A DNA stretch of 63,928 bases, filler included, from Reclinomonas americana ATCC 50394 (Eukaryota), in NCBI GenBank assembly GCA_048213135.1. It is 11 parts of 11 records of this genome, joined end to end, with 100 filler letters (N's around TTAATTAATTAA, not from the genome) between each part and the next. Parts side by side here need not be neighbours in the genome. Positions count along the whole stretch, not along the records: positions 36,289 to 50,364 come from AFZH01018695.1; positions 50,465 to 53,349 come from AFZH01018696.1; positions 53,450 to 56,245 come from AFZH01018697.1; 8 more parts are not named here. One strand, written 5' to 3'. The notes beneath the pieces are model-generated. The model was given only the letters and a program-made list of their open reading frames with translations. It was not told the origin of the DNA and made no database searches. This document shows positions 44,101 through 54,569 of this stretch, one piece after another; position 1 is the stretch's first letter, and each line of letters opens with the position of its first letter. Both the position numbers and the translations under genes were made by a program.

Positions 44101-44814
44101 CTAATGGATTCCGATCCCGATATAGCGCTCGATCAGGGCCTGATCCTGTCGCAGCACTTCCGGCTTCCCCGACCACGCAATCCGCCCTCGCTCGAGGATA
44201 ATGACGTCATCGGCGAAATCGAGCGCGCGCTCGATCTGCTGCTCGACGAGGACGAACGTCATCTGTCGGCTTGCGGCCAACCGATCGAAGGACGCCATGA
44301 GTTCGTCGCATATGATCGGGGCCAGCCCCTCCAAGGGTTCATCCATCAGAAGCGCTGTCGGGCGCCCAAGAATCGCGCGCGCCGTGGAAAGCATCTGCTG
44401 CTCTCCCCCCGACAGTTGCCCGCCGAGGTTCTTGCGGCGCTCCTTGAGGCGTGGAAACATCGCATAGGCTTCCTCAAGCTCGTCGCGGGATCGCCCTTTT
44501 TGCCCGGCGATCAAGTTCTCTTCGACAGTCAGAGACGGGAACACATCGCGCGTCTGAGGTACATAGCCGAAGCCTTGGGCAGCCCGTGCGGACGGACGAA
44601 AGACAGAGACGTCCACTCCGTCCAGAATGATCTCACCCGCATGCCGTTGCGTAAGTCCCATCAGGCTTGCGAGCAGGGTCGTCTTGCCCATGCCGTTGCG
44701 CCCGAGCACGGAAAGCCGGCTCCCCGCCGGCACCCGCAGCGAGATCTCCTCGACGATACGGGTCGCGCCATAGCCCGCAACGAGCTTCCGAACCTCGATC
44801 TCAGCGGCGGCCAT
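44101..44814 (-). CDS. Branched-chain-type ABC ATPase (LivF-like)
   Basis: GRNGMGKTT, LSGGEQQM and MDEPLEGLAP. Confidence 0.93.
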   Translation of the reverse strand: MAAAEIEVRKLVAGYGATRIVEEISLRVPAGSRLSVLGRNGMGKTTLLASLMGLTQRHAGEIILDGVDVSVFRPSARAAQGFGYVPQTRDVFPSLTVEENLIAGQKGRSRDELEEAYAMFPRLKERRKNLGGQLSGGEQQMLSTARAILGRPTALLMDEPLEGLAPIICDELMASFDRLAASRQMTFVLVEQQIERALDFADDVIILERGRIAWSGKPEVLRQDQALIERYIGIGIH

Positions 44815-45559
44815 GGGCATAGCTCCCCAGATAAGCCTCCCGCACGCGCGCATCGGCCGCGACAGCTGCCGGAGGCCCTTCGAAGATCAACTCGCCGCCA
44901 GCGAGGACGACCACGTTCCGCGCGAAGCGGAAGACGAGATCCATGTCGTGCTCGATCATCATGACGGCGATATCGTGCGGAAGACGTTCCATCGCCTCGA
45001 TGATGAGAGAAGACTGATCCTGTGGCACTCCGGCAGCGGGCTCGTCGAGGAGGAGAACCTTCGGGCGAAGCGCGAGCGCGATGGCGAGTTCGAGCAGCCG
45101 CTGCTGGCCATAGGCGATCTCCCCGACGCGACGATAGGCCAGGGGCGAAATGCGAAGAGTCTGCAATATTTCGAGCGCTTCGGTCTCGACCAGAGTGTCG
45201 CGGCGAGCGTCGCGGAAGATGTCTCCTGAGCGACCCTGCCGTTGCAGAACCGCGAGCGCGACGTTGTCGACGACCGTAAGCTCTCGAAACAGTCGGCTCA
45301 CCTGGAATGTCCTGACGAGCCCGCGGCGAACGCGCTCCGCCACGCCGCTACGGGTCACATCCATTCCTCCGAGGATCACCCGTCCCTGGCTCGGTGTCAG
45401 GGCGCCGGTCACCAGATTGACGAACGTCGTCTTGCCGGCGCCGTTCGGCCCGATGAGCGCCACGCGGGCGCCAGGATCGAGCGTCATGGAGACATTGCGC
45501 GTCACAGCGATTCCGCCGAAGGATTTCGAAATCCCCTCGACGCGCAGGAGATCGCTCAT
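44801..45559 (-). CDS. Branched-chain-type ABC ATPase (LivG-like)
   Basis: MSDLLRVEGISKSFGG, GPNGAGKTT, LLLDEPAAG and VREAYLG. Confidence 0.93.
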   Translation of the reverse strand: MSDLLRVEGISKSFGGIAVTRNVSMTLDPGARVALIGPNGAGKTTFVNLVTGALTPSQGRVILGGMDVTRSGVAERVRRGLVRTFQVSRLFRELTVVDNVALAVLQRQGRSGDIFRDARRDTLVETEALEILQTLRISPLAYRRVGEIAYGQQRLLELAIALALRPKVLLLDEPAAGVPQDQSSLIIEAMERLPHDIAVMMIEHDMDLVFRFARNVVVLAGGELIFEGPPAAVAADARVREAYLGSYAHGRR

Positions 45560-46557
45560 GGCCGCCTCGGCATAGGTTTGAAAAGGCGGACCAGGCCGAA
45601 GGCCAGCCCCTGCAAGCCGGTTGGCAAGAACAGCACGACCCCAAGCAGAAGGAAGCCCACCAGCATCAGCCAGTGAAACGGGTTCGCGGCCGAGATGACG
45701 TATTCGCAAATCTGGAAGACGGCGGTACCGAGGAGTGCGCCGTAGAGGGTGCCGGTGCCTCCGAGCGCCAGCATGATGAGGCCTTCCGCCGAGCGTTCGA
45801 AGCTGACGCTGTCGAGAGCAACCACGCCGGTCGTCACCACCGTCAGCCCGCCAGCAACACCGGCGACGCCACCCGAGATCGCATACATCTTGACGAGCGC
45901 GCCATAGGCTGAGGCGCCCATGAAGCGCACCCGCAAGGCATCCTCCTTGATGCCGCGGCACAACAGCCCAAAGGGCGAGCGTACGAGGACGATCAGCAGG
46001 ACCATCACCGCGAACACCACGGCGAGGGTGAAAATATAGGCAGTCCGGCCGAAGAAATCGAATGCGAAAAGGCCGAGGACCGGGCCGGGCGTGATCCCGG
46101 AGAGGCCGTCGCTCCCGCCCGTGTAGGAAGATGCCTTGTTCGCCAGCTGGTAGACGAGCTGGACGATGGCGATCGACACGACGATCTGGGGTAACCCGGA
46201 GAAACGGGCGATGAGGGCGCCCGACACCACCCCCATGACGGTGCCCGCGCAGGCTCCGACGAGGAGAAGAAGGATGGGATCGGTCACCCCGCCGAGGCAG
46301 GCGATGCCGGCCGCATAGGCGCCGGCCCCGAACAGGGCCGCATGCCCGAGCGTCGCAACCCCGCAGAACCCGACGACGAGGTCGAGCGAGAGCACGAAGA
46401 GCGCTATCACGAGGAGGCGCGTGAGGAAGGCGAGATCGTCGGCGAGCAGATAATAGCCGGCAGCCCCGATGGCCAGCAGGGCGAGCGGCCCCCAGACGAT
46501 GCTCGATCTTGCTTTTCGCATTAAATCTCCCGCAACCGGGCTGGCGACGGCGCTCAT
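45556..46557 (-). CDS. Branched-chain-type ABC permease (LivM-like)
   Basis: SLDLVVGFCG..LGHAALFGAGAY, TGGSDGL and multiple TM segments. Confidence 0.92.
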   Translation of the reverse strand: MSAVASPVAGDLMRKARSSIVWGPLALLAIGAAGYYLLADDLAFLTRLLVIALFVLSLDLVVGFCGVATLGHAALFGAGAYAAGIACLGGVTDPILLLLVGACAGTVMGVVSGALIARFSGLPQIVVSIAIVQLVYQLANKASSYTGGSDGLSGITPGPVLGLFAFDFFGRTAYIFTLAVVFAVMVLLIVLVRSPFGLLCRGIKEDALRVRFMGASAYGALVKMYAISGGVAGVAGGLTVVTTGVVALDSVSFERSAEGLIMLALGGTGTLYGALLGTAVFQICEYVISAANPFHWLMLVGFLLLGVVLFLPTGLQGLAFGLVRLFKPMPRRP

Positions 46558-46559
46558 CG

Positions 46560-47423
46560 TCAATGCCTCCGCCCGAGAAGTCCGCGGGGAAAGAGGAACA
46601 CAACACCGATGACGGCAAGGTAGAAGAAAAACTCGCCGAACTCGGGAAAGAGATATTTGCCCGTCGTATCCACGAAGCCGAGGAGCAGGGCCGCCAGGAG
46701 CGCGCCAGGGATCGAACCGGCCCCACCGACCGAGACGACGACCAGGAAGGTCACCATGTAGCGCATGGCATAGAACGGATCGATCGGCAGCATTTCGGCC
46801 CCCACCACGCCGCCGAACGCTCCGAGCGCAACGGAAAGCCCGAAGCTCGCGGCATAAATGATGTCTGTCCGGATTCCGAGTGCGCTCGCCATGGCGGCGT
46901 TGTCGACCGATGCGCGGAGCCTGATCCCGAAATCCGTCCGGTCGATCAGGAGCCACAGACCTCCGGCGATGATCAAACCACAGACGATGACAAAGATGCG
47001 ATGAGCCGCGACCGTCCGGAAGCCGAGATCGACCGGGCCGCTCAGAAAAGCGGGAAGGGGCACGGGCTTGAGGCTCGGGCCGAAGATGAAGTTTGTTGCA
47101 CCGATGATGATGAAGGTGATCGCGATCGTCATCAGGGCGTGCACGAGAGCGTCGGTCGTGCCATAAATGCGGCGATAGATCAGCTCGAGCGGCATGGCTG
47201 CGACCACGGCAACCGCCACTGCAATAGCGATGGCGACGCCGTAGCCGAGACCAAGGTCGCGGATAGCGTAGGAAGCAACATATCCGCCGATCATCGCAAA
47301 GGCGCCGTGCGCGAGATTGACAACCCGCATCAGCCCCATCGTGACTGAGAGCCCGATGGAGATGATGAACAGGACCATGCCGTACGCAAAGGCGTCGACG
47401 GCGATACTCAGTAAGATCTGCAC
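46560..47423 (-). CDS. Branched-chain-type ABC permease (LivH-like)
   Basis: GLSVTMGLMRVVNLAHGAFAMIG, VGGAGS and PRGLLG. Confidence 0.93.
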   Translation of the reverse strand: MQILLSIAVDAFAYGMVLFIISIGLSVTMGLMRVVNLAHGAFAMIGGYVASYAIRDLGLGYGVAIAIAVAVAVVAAMPLELIYRRIYGTTDALVHALMTIAITFIIIGATNFIFGPSLKPVPLPAFLSGPVDLGFRTVAAHRIFVIVCGLIIAGGLWLLIDRTDFGIRLRASVDNAAMASALGIRTDIIYAASFGLSVALGAFGGVVGAEMLPIDPFYAMRYMVTFLVVVSVGGAGSIPGALLAALLLGFVDTTGKYLFPEFGEFFFYLAVIGVVFLFPRGLLGRRH

Positions 47424-47461
47424 CGGAGCTCCAGTCCTCAGCTACGCGCGCGCCGGTCGTG

Positions 47462-48640
47462 TCACTTGGCGCCGAAAAGCCCTGCTTCCGGAACGTCCGG
47501 AACCGAGGTGATCTCCTTGTTGACGTATTTGCCGTCGACCTTCTCCACGATCCGCAGATAGATGTTCTGGCGGACGTGACGGGTCTGCGGGTCGATCGTG
47601 ACCGGACCGCGGGGGCTCGTCCACGACAGGCCTTTCACGGCCGCTACCGCCTTGGCGGCGTCCTTTTTTCCACCTGTCGCCTCGATCATCTTCGCGATCA
47701 CCCGCATGCCGTCGAATGCGCCGACCGCCGTGAAGGAAAGCTCGTCCGGATTTCCGATGGCTTTCGCCGCCGCCGCGACGAACGCCTTGTTCTCGGAGCT
47801 ATCGTGCGAGACCGCGTAGTGAAAGGTCGTGAGCACTCCGAGAGCCGCTTCGCCGAGGGCCGGGAGCGAGGACTCCTCCGTCAGGTCGCCCGGCGCCAGG
47901 AACTTGATCCCCTGTGTGTCGAGACCTGCATCGCGATAGCTCTTCAGCAGCGACACGGTCGTGGGTCCGGCCGGAACGAAAGCGAACAGGGCATCGGCCC
48001 CCGAATTCTTCACGCGTTGCATGATGGGGGCGAAATCCGTCGTCTGGAGAGGCATGCGGATCGTTTCCGTGATCTGCCCGCCCGACAGCTTGAAAGCCCG
48101 GCCGAAGGCGTCTTCGGCATCGATGCCGGGCCCATAGTCACTGACGGCCGTCACGACCTTCTTGATTCCGCGTTCGATCGCCACCTTGGCGAGCGGCGAA
48201 CTCGTCTGAAACTGCGTGAACGAGGTCCGGACGACGAAAGGGCTCTTCTCGGTGATCGCGAGGGTGGCTGCGTTGAAGATCACGAGCGGCGTGTTGGATT
48301 GCTCGAGTATCGGGACAATCGCATAGGCATCCGGTGTGGTGTAGACGCCGCCCAGGATGTCGATTTTCTCGCGCACGATCAATTCCTGCGCGAGCGCCTT
48401 GGCCTTGGCCGGATCAGGCACAGGGAGATCGCGGTAGACGATCTCGATGTCCTCGGACCCGGCCTTCTTGCCGTTGATGGCGAAATAGGCGTCGATCCCT
48501 GCCTTGAAGTTCTTGCCGTGCACCGAATACGGCCCGGAGAACGGTCCTATGATTCCGACCTTCACCGTGGCGGCGGAGACGACCGCGCTGCTCAGGATGA
48601 GCCCGGCTGCGATGACGGTGCCCAAGAGATAGCGTGCCAT
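47462..48640 (-). CDS. ABC substrate-binding protein, aromatic-acid-binding type (PBP1/Liv family)
   Basis: Signal peptide; VKVGIIGPFSGP, FNAAT, DYGPG and SPRGP. It is directly downstream of pobA. Confidence 0.9.
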   Translation of the reverse strand: MARYLLGTVIAAGLILSSAVVSAATVKVGIIGPFSGPYSVHGKNFKAGIDAYFAINGKKAGSEDIEIVYRDLPVPDPAKAKALAQELIVREKIDILGGVYTTPDAYAIVPILEQSNTPLVIFNAATLAITEKSPFVVRTSFTQFQTSSPLAKVAIERGIKKVVTAVSDYGPGIDAEDAFGRAFKLSGGQITETIRMPLQTTDFAPIMQRVKNSGADALFAFVPAGPTTVSLLKSYRDAGLDTQGIKFLAPGDLTEESSLPALGEAALGVLTTFHYAVSHDSSENKAFVAAAAKAIGNPDELSFTAVGAFDGMRVIAKMIEATGGKKDAAKAVAAVKGLSWTSPRGPVTIDPQTRHVRQNIYLRIVEKVDGKYVNKEITSVPDVPEAGLFGAK

Positions 48641-48712
48641 GTTGTTTCCTTTCCCCAGTTTGCCCGGCGACCTTGCAAGGGACGCCTTTTCGTTCTTGAG
48701 AGTTATCGTCGT

Positions 48713-49882
48713 TCAATACAGGAGGCCGACGTAGTTTTCGGCAAGGACCGTCCTGGCTGCCAGCGAAGCGACGAGATAATCGCGCTCCGCCTCTTGAACA
48801 CGGCGCTCGAAAGGGCTCTGGGCCGGAAAGACGTGCAGCAATGACGTCATCCACCAGGAAAACCGTTCCGCCTTCCAAACGCGGGCGAGTGCGCGGGACG
48901 AATATCCGTCCAGTCCCACGTTCGAGCCCTCGTCGTAGTGTTCGATTAGAGCTTCAGAGAGATAGAGTGCGTCACTGACGGCGAGGTTCAATCCTTTCGC
49001 GCCGGTGGGTGGAACAATATGGGCGGCATCTCCGGCCAGCATGAGGCGGCCGAACCGCATGGGCTCCGCGACGAAGCTGCGCAGCGGCGCGATCGCCTTC
49101 TCGACGGAAGGTGCTGCCACCACGGCCTCAGCAGTCTCCGGATCAAGGCGCAGACGCAATTCGTCCCAGAAGCGCTTGTCGGGCCAGTTCGCGATGCTGT
49201 CGTCCGCCGGCACCTGCAAATAACAGCGGCTGCGGGTCGGCGTACGCATCGAGAAGAGAGAAAATCCGCGCGGATGAGCCGAATAAACCACGTCCGACGA
49301 CGCACGCGGCACATCCGCCATCACCCCGAGCCAGCCGAAAGGATAGATGCGATCGAACGTTTGTATCGAATGCTCGGGTATGCAGGTCCGGCTGATGCCG
49401 TGAAATCCGTCGCAACCCAAGATGAAGTCACATGTGAGTTCGCGTTCTTGGCCATTGTTCCGGTACACGACCCGTGGCTTGTCGGTTGCGAAATCCTGCA
49501 GAGCCATGACCTCCGCCTCGTAGACCGTTGGCGCGCCAGCGGCTTCTCGCGCGTCCGTAAGGTCTCGAACCACCTCGGTCTGACCGTAGAGCGTGACCTC
49601 CTTTCCGGTTAGGGCCTTCACATCGATGCGATGCCGCTGACCGTCGAAGCTGATGGTGATCCCTTCATGGACGATCCCCTCTGCCTTCAGACGCTGGCCA
49701 ACGCCGATCCGGTCGAGGAGGGCGACGGTTTCCTGTTCGAGGAGGCCAGCACGAACACGGGAGCGCACGCGATCACGGCTTCTACTTTCCAGAATGATGT
49801 TCTCGATGCCTGCCTGGCCGAGGATGTGACCGAGCAGAAGGCCTGCCGGTCCAGCTCCGATGATGGCGACTTTGGTGCGCAT
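48713..49882 (-). CDS. pobA: 4-hydroxybenzoate 3-monooxygenase
   Basis: MRTKVAIIGAGPAG, RAGLLEQ, YGQTEV, GCDGFHG, YPFGWLG, GDAAHIVPPTGAKGLN and LAENYVGL. Confidence 0.97.
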   Translation of the reverse strand: MRTKVAIIGAGPAGLLLGHILGQAGIENIILESRSRDRVRSRVRAGLLEQETVALLDRIGVGQRLKAEGIVHEGITISFDGQRHRIDVKALTGKEVTLYGQTEVVRDLTDAREAAGAPTVYEAEVMALQDFATDKPRVVYRNNGQERELTCDFILGCDGFHGISRTCIPEHSIQTFDRIYPFGWLGVMADVPRASSDVVYSAHPRGFSLFSMRTPTRSRCYLQVPADDSIANWPDKRFWDELRLRLDPETAEAVVAAPSVEKAIAPLRSFVAEPMRFGRLMLAGDAAHIVPPTGAKGLNLAVSDALYLSEALIEHYDEGSNVGLDGYSSRALARVWKAERFSWWMTSLLHVFPAQSPFERRVQEAERDYLVASLAARTVLAENYVGLLY

Positions 49883-49929
49883 CCGTTCTCCGGAAGGAAA
49901 GAGTTTACGATGCCGGTGGGCGGCACGCG

Positions 49930-50562
49930 TCAGCCGGAGGCTTCCGAACCGGCCTGCTCGGCGTCGAGCTTGAAGAACACGGTCTCACCTTCGCCCTGAA
50001 AATGGATGTCGAAACGCAGGGTTTGCGAGTTCCCCGGGCGCGCCACCAAGGTCGCGCGCCTTGTCGGATGAACCCTGGCCAAAATCGGATCCGCCGCATT
50101 AGCGTCCGGTTCGTCCGGGAAATACATTCTGGTGACGAGTTGTCGGGTGAGCCCGCGACCGAACACTGCAACGTTGAAATGCGGCGCCAAGACAGTCCCG
50201 TCCGAGAGCTTGGTTGGGATCGGCTTTGCAATCACGACCCGGAAGCGCCCTTCTTGAAGAGCACGGGCACGAACCGATTGGTCGCCGGACCAGAATTCGA
50301 CGAATGCCTCGAAGGCGATCGGCTTTCCCTGCCCGTCAACCAGTTGGCCCTCCACCTCGACGGCNNNNNNNNNNNNNNNNNNNNNNNNNNNNNNNNNNNN
50401 NNNNNNNNTTAATTAATTAANNNNNNNNNNNNNNNNNNNNNNNNNNNNNNNNNNNNNNNNNNNNATCCGCCGCTGGATCAACGAGCATTCGAGGTCTTCT
50501 CGCATCAGCGCAAAGCCGAATAACGGGCCTGAGGTCTGTGAAGGAGTGAGAACCTTGCTCAT
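49930..50562 (-). CDS. pcaG: Protocatechuate 3,4-dioxygenase alpha-like subunit, split across the spacer 50365-50464
   Basis: The N-terminus MSKVLTPSQTSGP (start 50562, ATGA overlap with pcaH) is on contig 8. APHFNVAVFGRGL..TRMYFPDE..RFDIHFQGEGETVFF is on contig 7. Confidence 0.85.
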
Positions 50563-51353
50563 TCGCGGTCCTCCAGGGGAGTTGCGCCTGATCCGCGTAG
50601 AACGATGTCGAATCGATAGGCCAGAGCCGACTCGTTTCTGTTCGGCGGCGCCGTCGCGTCTATCAATGCGCTCTTGGCAATCAGGCGCCCCGTGTCATCC
50701 ATCGACGAACCTGCATTCGCGGTGTTTATGACGTCGATGATCGACGCTGCATCTTCAAGCTTTCCGATCAGACGATCCTGCCCACGTGCATCCGGGATTC
50801 CAAGAAGCATCCTGTCCTGGCGAAGCAGCGGATCTCCTTCGAAGTACATTTGCGTGATCAGTCGACTGTCGAAGCCCGCACCATATAGGGAGAAGTGGAT
50901 ATGGGACGCACGCCAGCCCTTCTCGCCTGTGCGATAGAATGTCGGATAGGCGCCCGGCCGGATCGTGACGAGTCGATAGCGCCCGTCGGAATCGGTCAGG
51001 CATCGCCCGGCGCCGGTGAAGTTGGGATCGAGCGGAAAACCCCACAGATCAATCGGGTCGACGTAGCGGCCGGCGGCATTGGCCTGCCATGTCTCGATCA
51101 GCGTGTTTCTCACAGGGCGCTCGTCGCTATCGGTCACCCGCCCGAAGATGATGATCCGTTCCCCTAGCGGCTCGCCGGCATGCTGTCGGGTCAGATCGCT
51201 GTCGAGAGGTCCAACCTTCAGCCTCCCGAAAGCCGGGCCTTGCACATTGTGAAACCAGCCGCGCGGCAACTGGACAATCGGCTTTAGCGGCGCCCGGAGG
51301 ACCGTAACCTCGTAACCCGGATCGCGGTACGGTGGATCTACATCCTGGTACAT
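50559..51353 (-). CDS. pcaH: Protocatechuate 3,4-dioxygenase beta-like subunit, divergent
   Basis: DLTRQHAGEPLGERII, WQANAAGRY, DPNFTGAGR, RPGAYP, WRASHIHFS and YRFDIVLRG. The Tyr/Tyr/His/His iron ligands are present. The start is inferred. Confidence 0.9.
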   Translation of the reverse strand: MYQDVDPPYRDPGYEVTVLRAPLKPIVQLPRGWFHNVQGPAFGRLKVGPLDSDLTRQHAGEPLGERIIIFGRVTDSDERPVRNTLIETWQANAAGRYVDPIDLWGFPLDPNFTGAGRCLTDSDGRYRLVTIRPGAYPTFYRTGEKGWRASHIHFSLYGAGFDSRLITQMYFEGDPLLRQDRMLLGIPDARGQDRLIGKLEDAASIIDVINTANAGSSMDDTGRLIAKSALIDATAPPNRNESALAYRFDIVLRGSGATPLEDRE

Positions 51354-52780
51354 GGCGTCGTCTCCCGACCCTTGAATGCCCCCTCGTCCCAGCGGGCTGA
51401 AGTTGAAACATACGCGCTCTCTGACATTTCCGAAATTTATTGTTTTCATTAGCCCATATCTAAATACATATGATCGATCCGGACACGACCTCCGTGGTCA
51501 CAGACGCGTTTGAGATCCTGAGCCCCCACCTCCAGAAGAGCGCGCCTTGCATCACACCGGGTGGGCGGAGAATGGCGCACTCAGAGGATTGCCTTGTGCT
51601 CTCGTCTGTGACGTTTCTGTTAGGTTACTTTAACCCCGACGCATTTATGGAGCCATCAAGTCGCCTTAGTCTCGGCGATTTGAATCATATCTGTTCAGAA
51701 ATTTCGCCGCAGTCGATTTTTGCCGAGCATACCGTGGTCGTACAAGTGCCCAGGATTTGGTGTGTACTCGGCGGCGACGGTAGTACGCCCCAAACCGCGG
51801 CGAGCGCCACCTCGCAGGTGAGCTGCATGAAGGCGTGAGCCAATGCGCCGGAGTCGCGTGCGGAAAGAACGCGGCTGCGTGCCTCCTGCCATTGCGGAAA
51901 CGCGTCTGCTGCCGAACTACCACTGATGAAGCGCGCGAACGCACCGGCTGCCTTTCGCTCACTATGGCGCAACAACCGGGTGGCCGGAGTGAGTGCATGA
52001 ATGCCGTTCGTGGGCTCGTAGATTGCGGTGACGCGAGCATGGGGTCGGAACAAGAACTGTTCCCGGCGACACGCTAAGGCCGAACGAAGCATGAACGTCA
52101 TGCGGCACGAAGCAGTCTCGGCGGCAGCCGAAGCGACCTGAAGCCTTCTGGCATCTGATGCTCGCTGTCCCAAGTATAGATGCCCGTCAGATTAATATGC
52201 TCCCAACTCAGCGGTGAGATGTGCTTCAACAACGGGTCTGGAATGTTCCGTCCCGCCCGCTTGAGTGAATATCCGAGATCAATGCGCTCCTCCAGATATC
52301 CGGCGGCAAGTCGCGCGACGAGGGCAACACGCTGCTCGTCATGTTCACCCTCGATCGCGTCTTCGGGCGCGACGAATACCAGGCAAACTCAGAACGTCTA
52401 ATCCCGCTGGGTGAAAACCTTATCAAGGCGATCCTGGACCTCCGAATCGCATTCCGCGCCGGCCTCAAGCGATAGGAGTAACCTGGGCCCGCCTGAACTG
52501 CCGTCGTCCAAAAACGAGCAACTTCGGACACCCCTCCCCGCTCAAACTTCCGCTTTCCGGCATTCCAGCTGCCGTGGCGACGCGACCGCCCAACCTGCCG
52601 ATGTGCCGAGCGGCCCGCGATGGCTTGGGCTGACAACCTCCACCATCGAAACCTATGTCGTGTCATTGTGGCGATCGCAACGGAATCGTCATCAAACTCG
52701 CGGGACACCCTGGCTCGTTCACTTAGAAACTGTACTCTCCACGAGAACGGCGAAGTAGCTTCCTTAGGGACGAACGATCG

Positions 52781-54569
52781 ATGGGCAGTTCACAGCTGGT
52801 CTCTTTGGGGACGTCCTTCGGGAAGAATCCTTTCATTGTTTTGGGAGCGACGGCGCGGGACAACCGCAACCGCGTCGTCGAGTTGGCCGATGAGGTCTCC
52901 CTGATTGCCGATGGCGACGAAGCGCACAAGGCGCAGTCCGCACTCCTGAACATCAGGACGCGCCTCGCAGCCGAGATGGGGTGGATGCCGGGAGTGGCCC
53001 CGAGCAAGGCGGCTGCGGCGGTCGAAGACCTCGCTGCCAACATATCCAATCCGGAGACCGGATCAGATTTGCCTCCGCTCGCACGCGCGAATCTGCTCAG
53101 TGCGGCCGCTCAGGCCGGGGATGGATCACTGACTCGCGCTCAGGTCGCATCGCTCTTCTACCGATTGGCGATGGCGGTCGAGGCCGTAGACCTGTCGGCC
53201 GTAGCTCGCGACATCAACGAGGATCGCTCGATCGCCGGATTTCCGCCTGTTCGGGACGAAGAGCTCATCGTCCATGAGTTCGAGAGCAGGAAGGGCGAAT
53301 ATCGCTCGGCCATCAACGCTCTGCTCACCTGGGACTGCCAAGGCACACANNNNNNNNNNNNNNNNNNNNNNNNNNNNNNNNNNNNNNNNNNNNTTAATTA
53401 ATTAANNNNNNNNNNNNNNNNNNNNNNNNNNNNNNNNNNNNNNNNNNNNGAGCAGGAAGGGCGAATATCGCTCGGCCATCAACGCTCTGCTCGACTCGCT
53501 TCCCAGCCAATCAATCGTCGATGTCATGGAGGAGGTGGTCGCGAAATCGACAAGTGCCGGCAGTGAGCACGCCCCAGCTTTCGTACAGGAGGTTGTAGCA
53601 TCCTATGATCTTGCCCTGCAGGCCTTCGTCGAGGCCGAAGCGGCTAACGTGGCGAAGCTGGTGAAACGAGGTCTCGCCTTAGCCTCCAAGGGGGAGGCTC
53701 AAGTCGTTCAAGTCATCCAGGAGATTGAGAAGGTAGCGACCAACTTCAACAAGATCATTGGCCCGGTTCAGCTTGTCGCCAGAGCAAACGGAATCGATCA
53801 TGTGGCCACTAGGAACTTCGCTGCAGAGATCCGCAGCCTCGCCATCGATCTGCACAACGACCATGACTTCGTGGACACTCCAGCCCGCATCTCCACATTC
53901 CTCAACGACCATTTCGGCCAACTGGATACTATTGCCGATCAGGTTTCCGAGGATCTCTCCTACTTGAAGGAGACGGCCGAGCAGCGAAAGCGCTCGGATG
54001 CCGAGTTCCGGCAAATGATCACCTACAGCGCCAAAATCGGCATCCTATTTAAGGAAAACGTCTCCATTTCGCCCGAAGGCATTACGTACCAGGAGCGCCG
54101 ATTTGCGCTCGAAAACATCACCCACCTGCGATGGTGGAACGCAAACGGCATGTACAAGATCTTCGTCGGCACGGCCGGATCGTCATTTCAGATCGACACG
54201 AGTCGGCAAGATATCTTCCTCAACCTGATCGACCGCATCTGGAAGGCCGTAGGCGTTCGTTTGCTCGTTGAAATGGTGCGCAAGTTGCGCGCCGGCGAGC
54301 CATTCGCATTCGGTTCCGCTGTCATCAGGAACGACAGCGTCGTCCTGACGCGCCACAAGACCTTCAGCGCGAATGAGCAGGTCACGCTCAGCTGGCGCAA
54401 CGTGAACGTCATGACGGAACACGGAAGGCTCATCATTAAGTCACGGAACCAGGGGAACGTGTATACGGCTATCCCCTTTCAGGAATGCAACAACCTCCCG
54501 GTCCTCGACATGCTCTTGAGCAAGTTCCTCAGGTCTGGGAAGGATACGATTTCCGAGATGTTCGACTGA
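52781..54569 (+). CDS. Uncharacterised ~540-aa protein split across contigs 8 and 9 (join 52781-53326 to 53493-54569): J-domain-like N-terminus, helical middle, beta-rich PH-like C-terminus
   Basis: A 43-bp exact overlap (53284-53326 = 53450-53492) joins the two ORFs in frame. The domain guesses come from sequence pattern only. Confidence 0.8.
53327..53349 (+). other. Untrimmed 454 adaptor-B-like sequence
   Basis: GACTGCCAAGGCACACA matches the 454 Titanium B adaptor read-through. It appears just after the point where the contig 8/9 overlap diverges. Confidence 0.85.
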
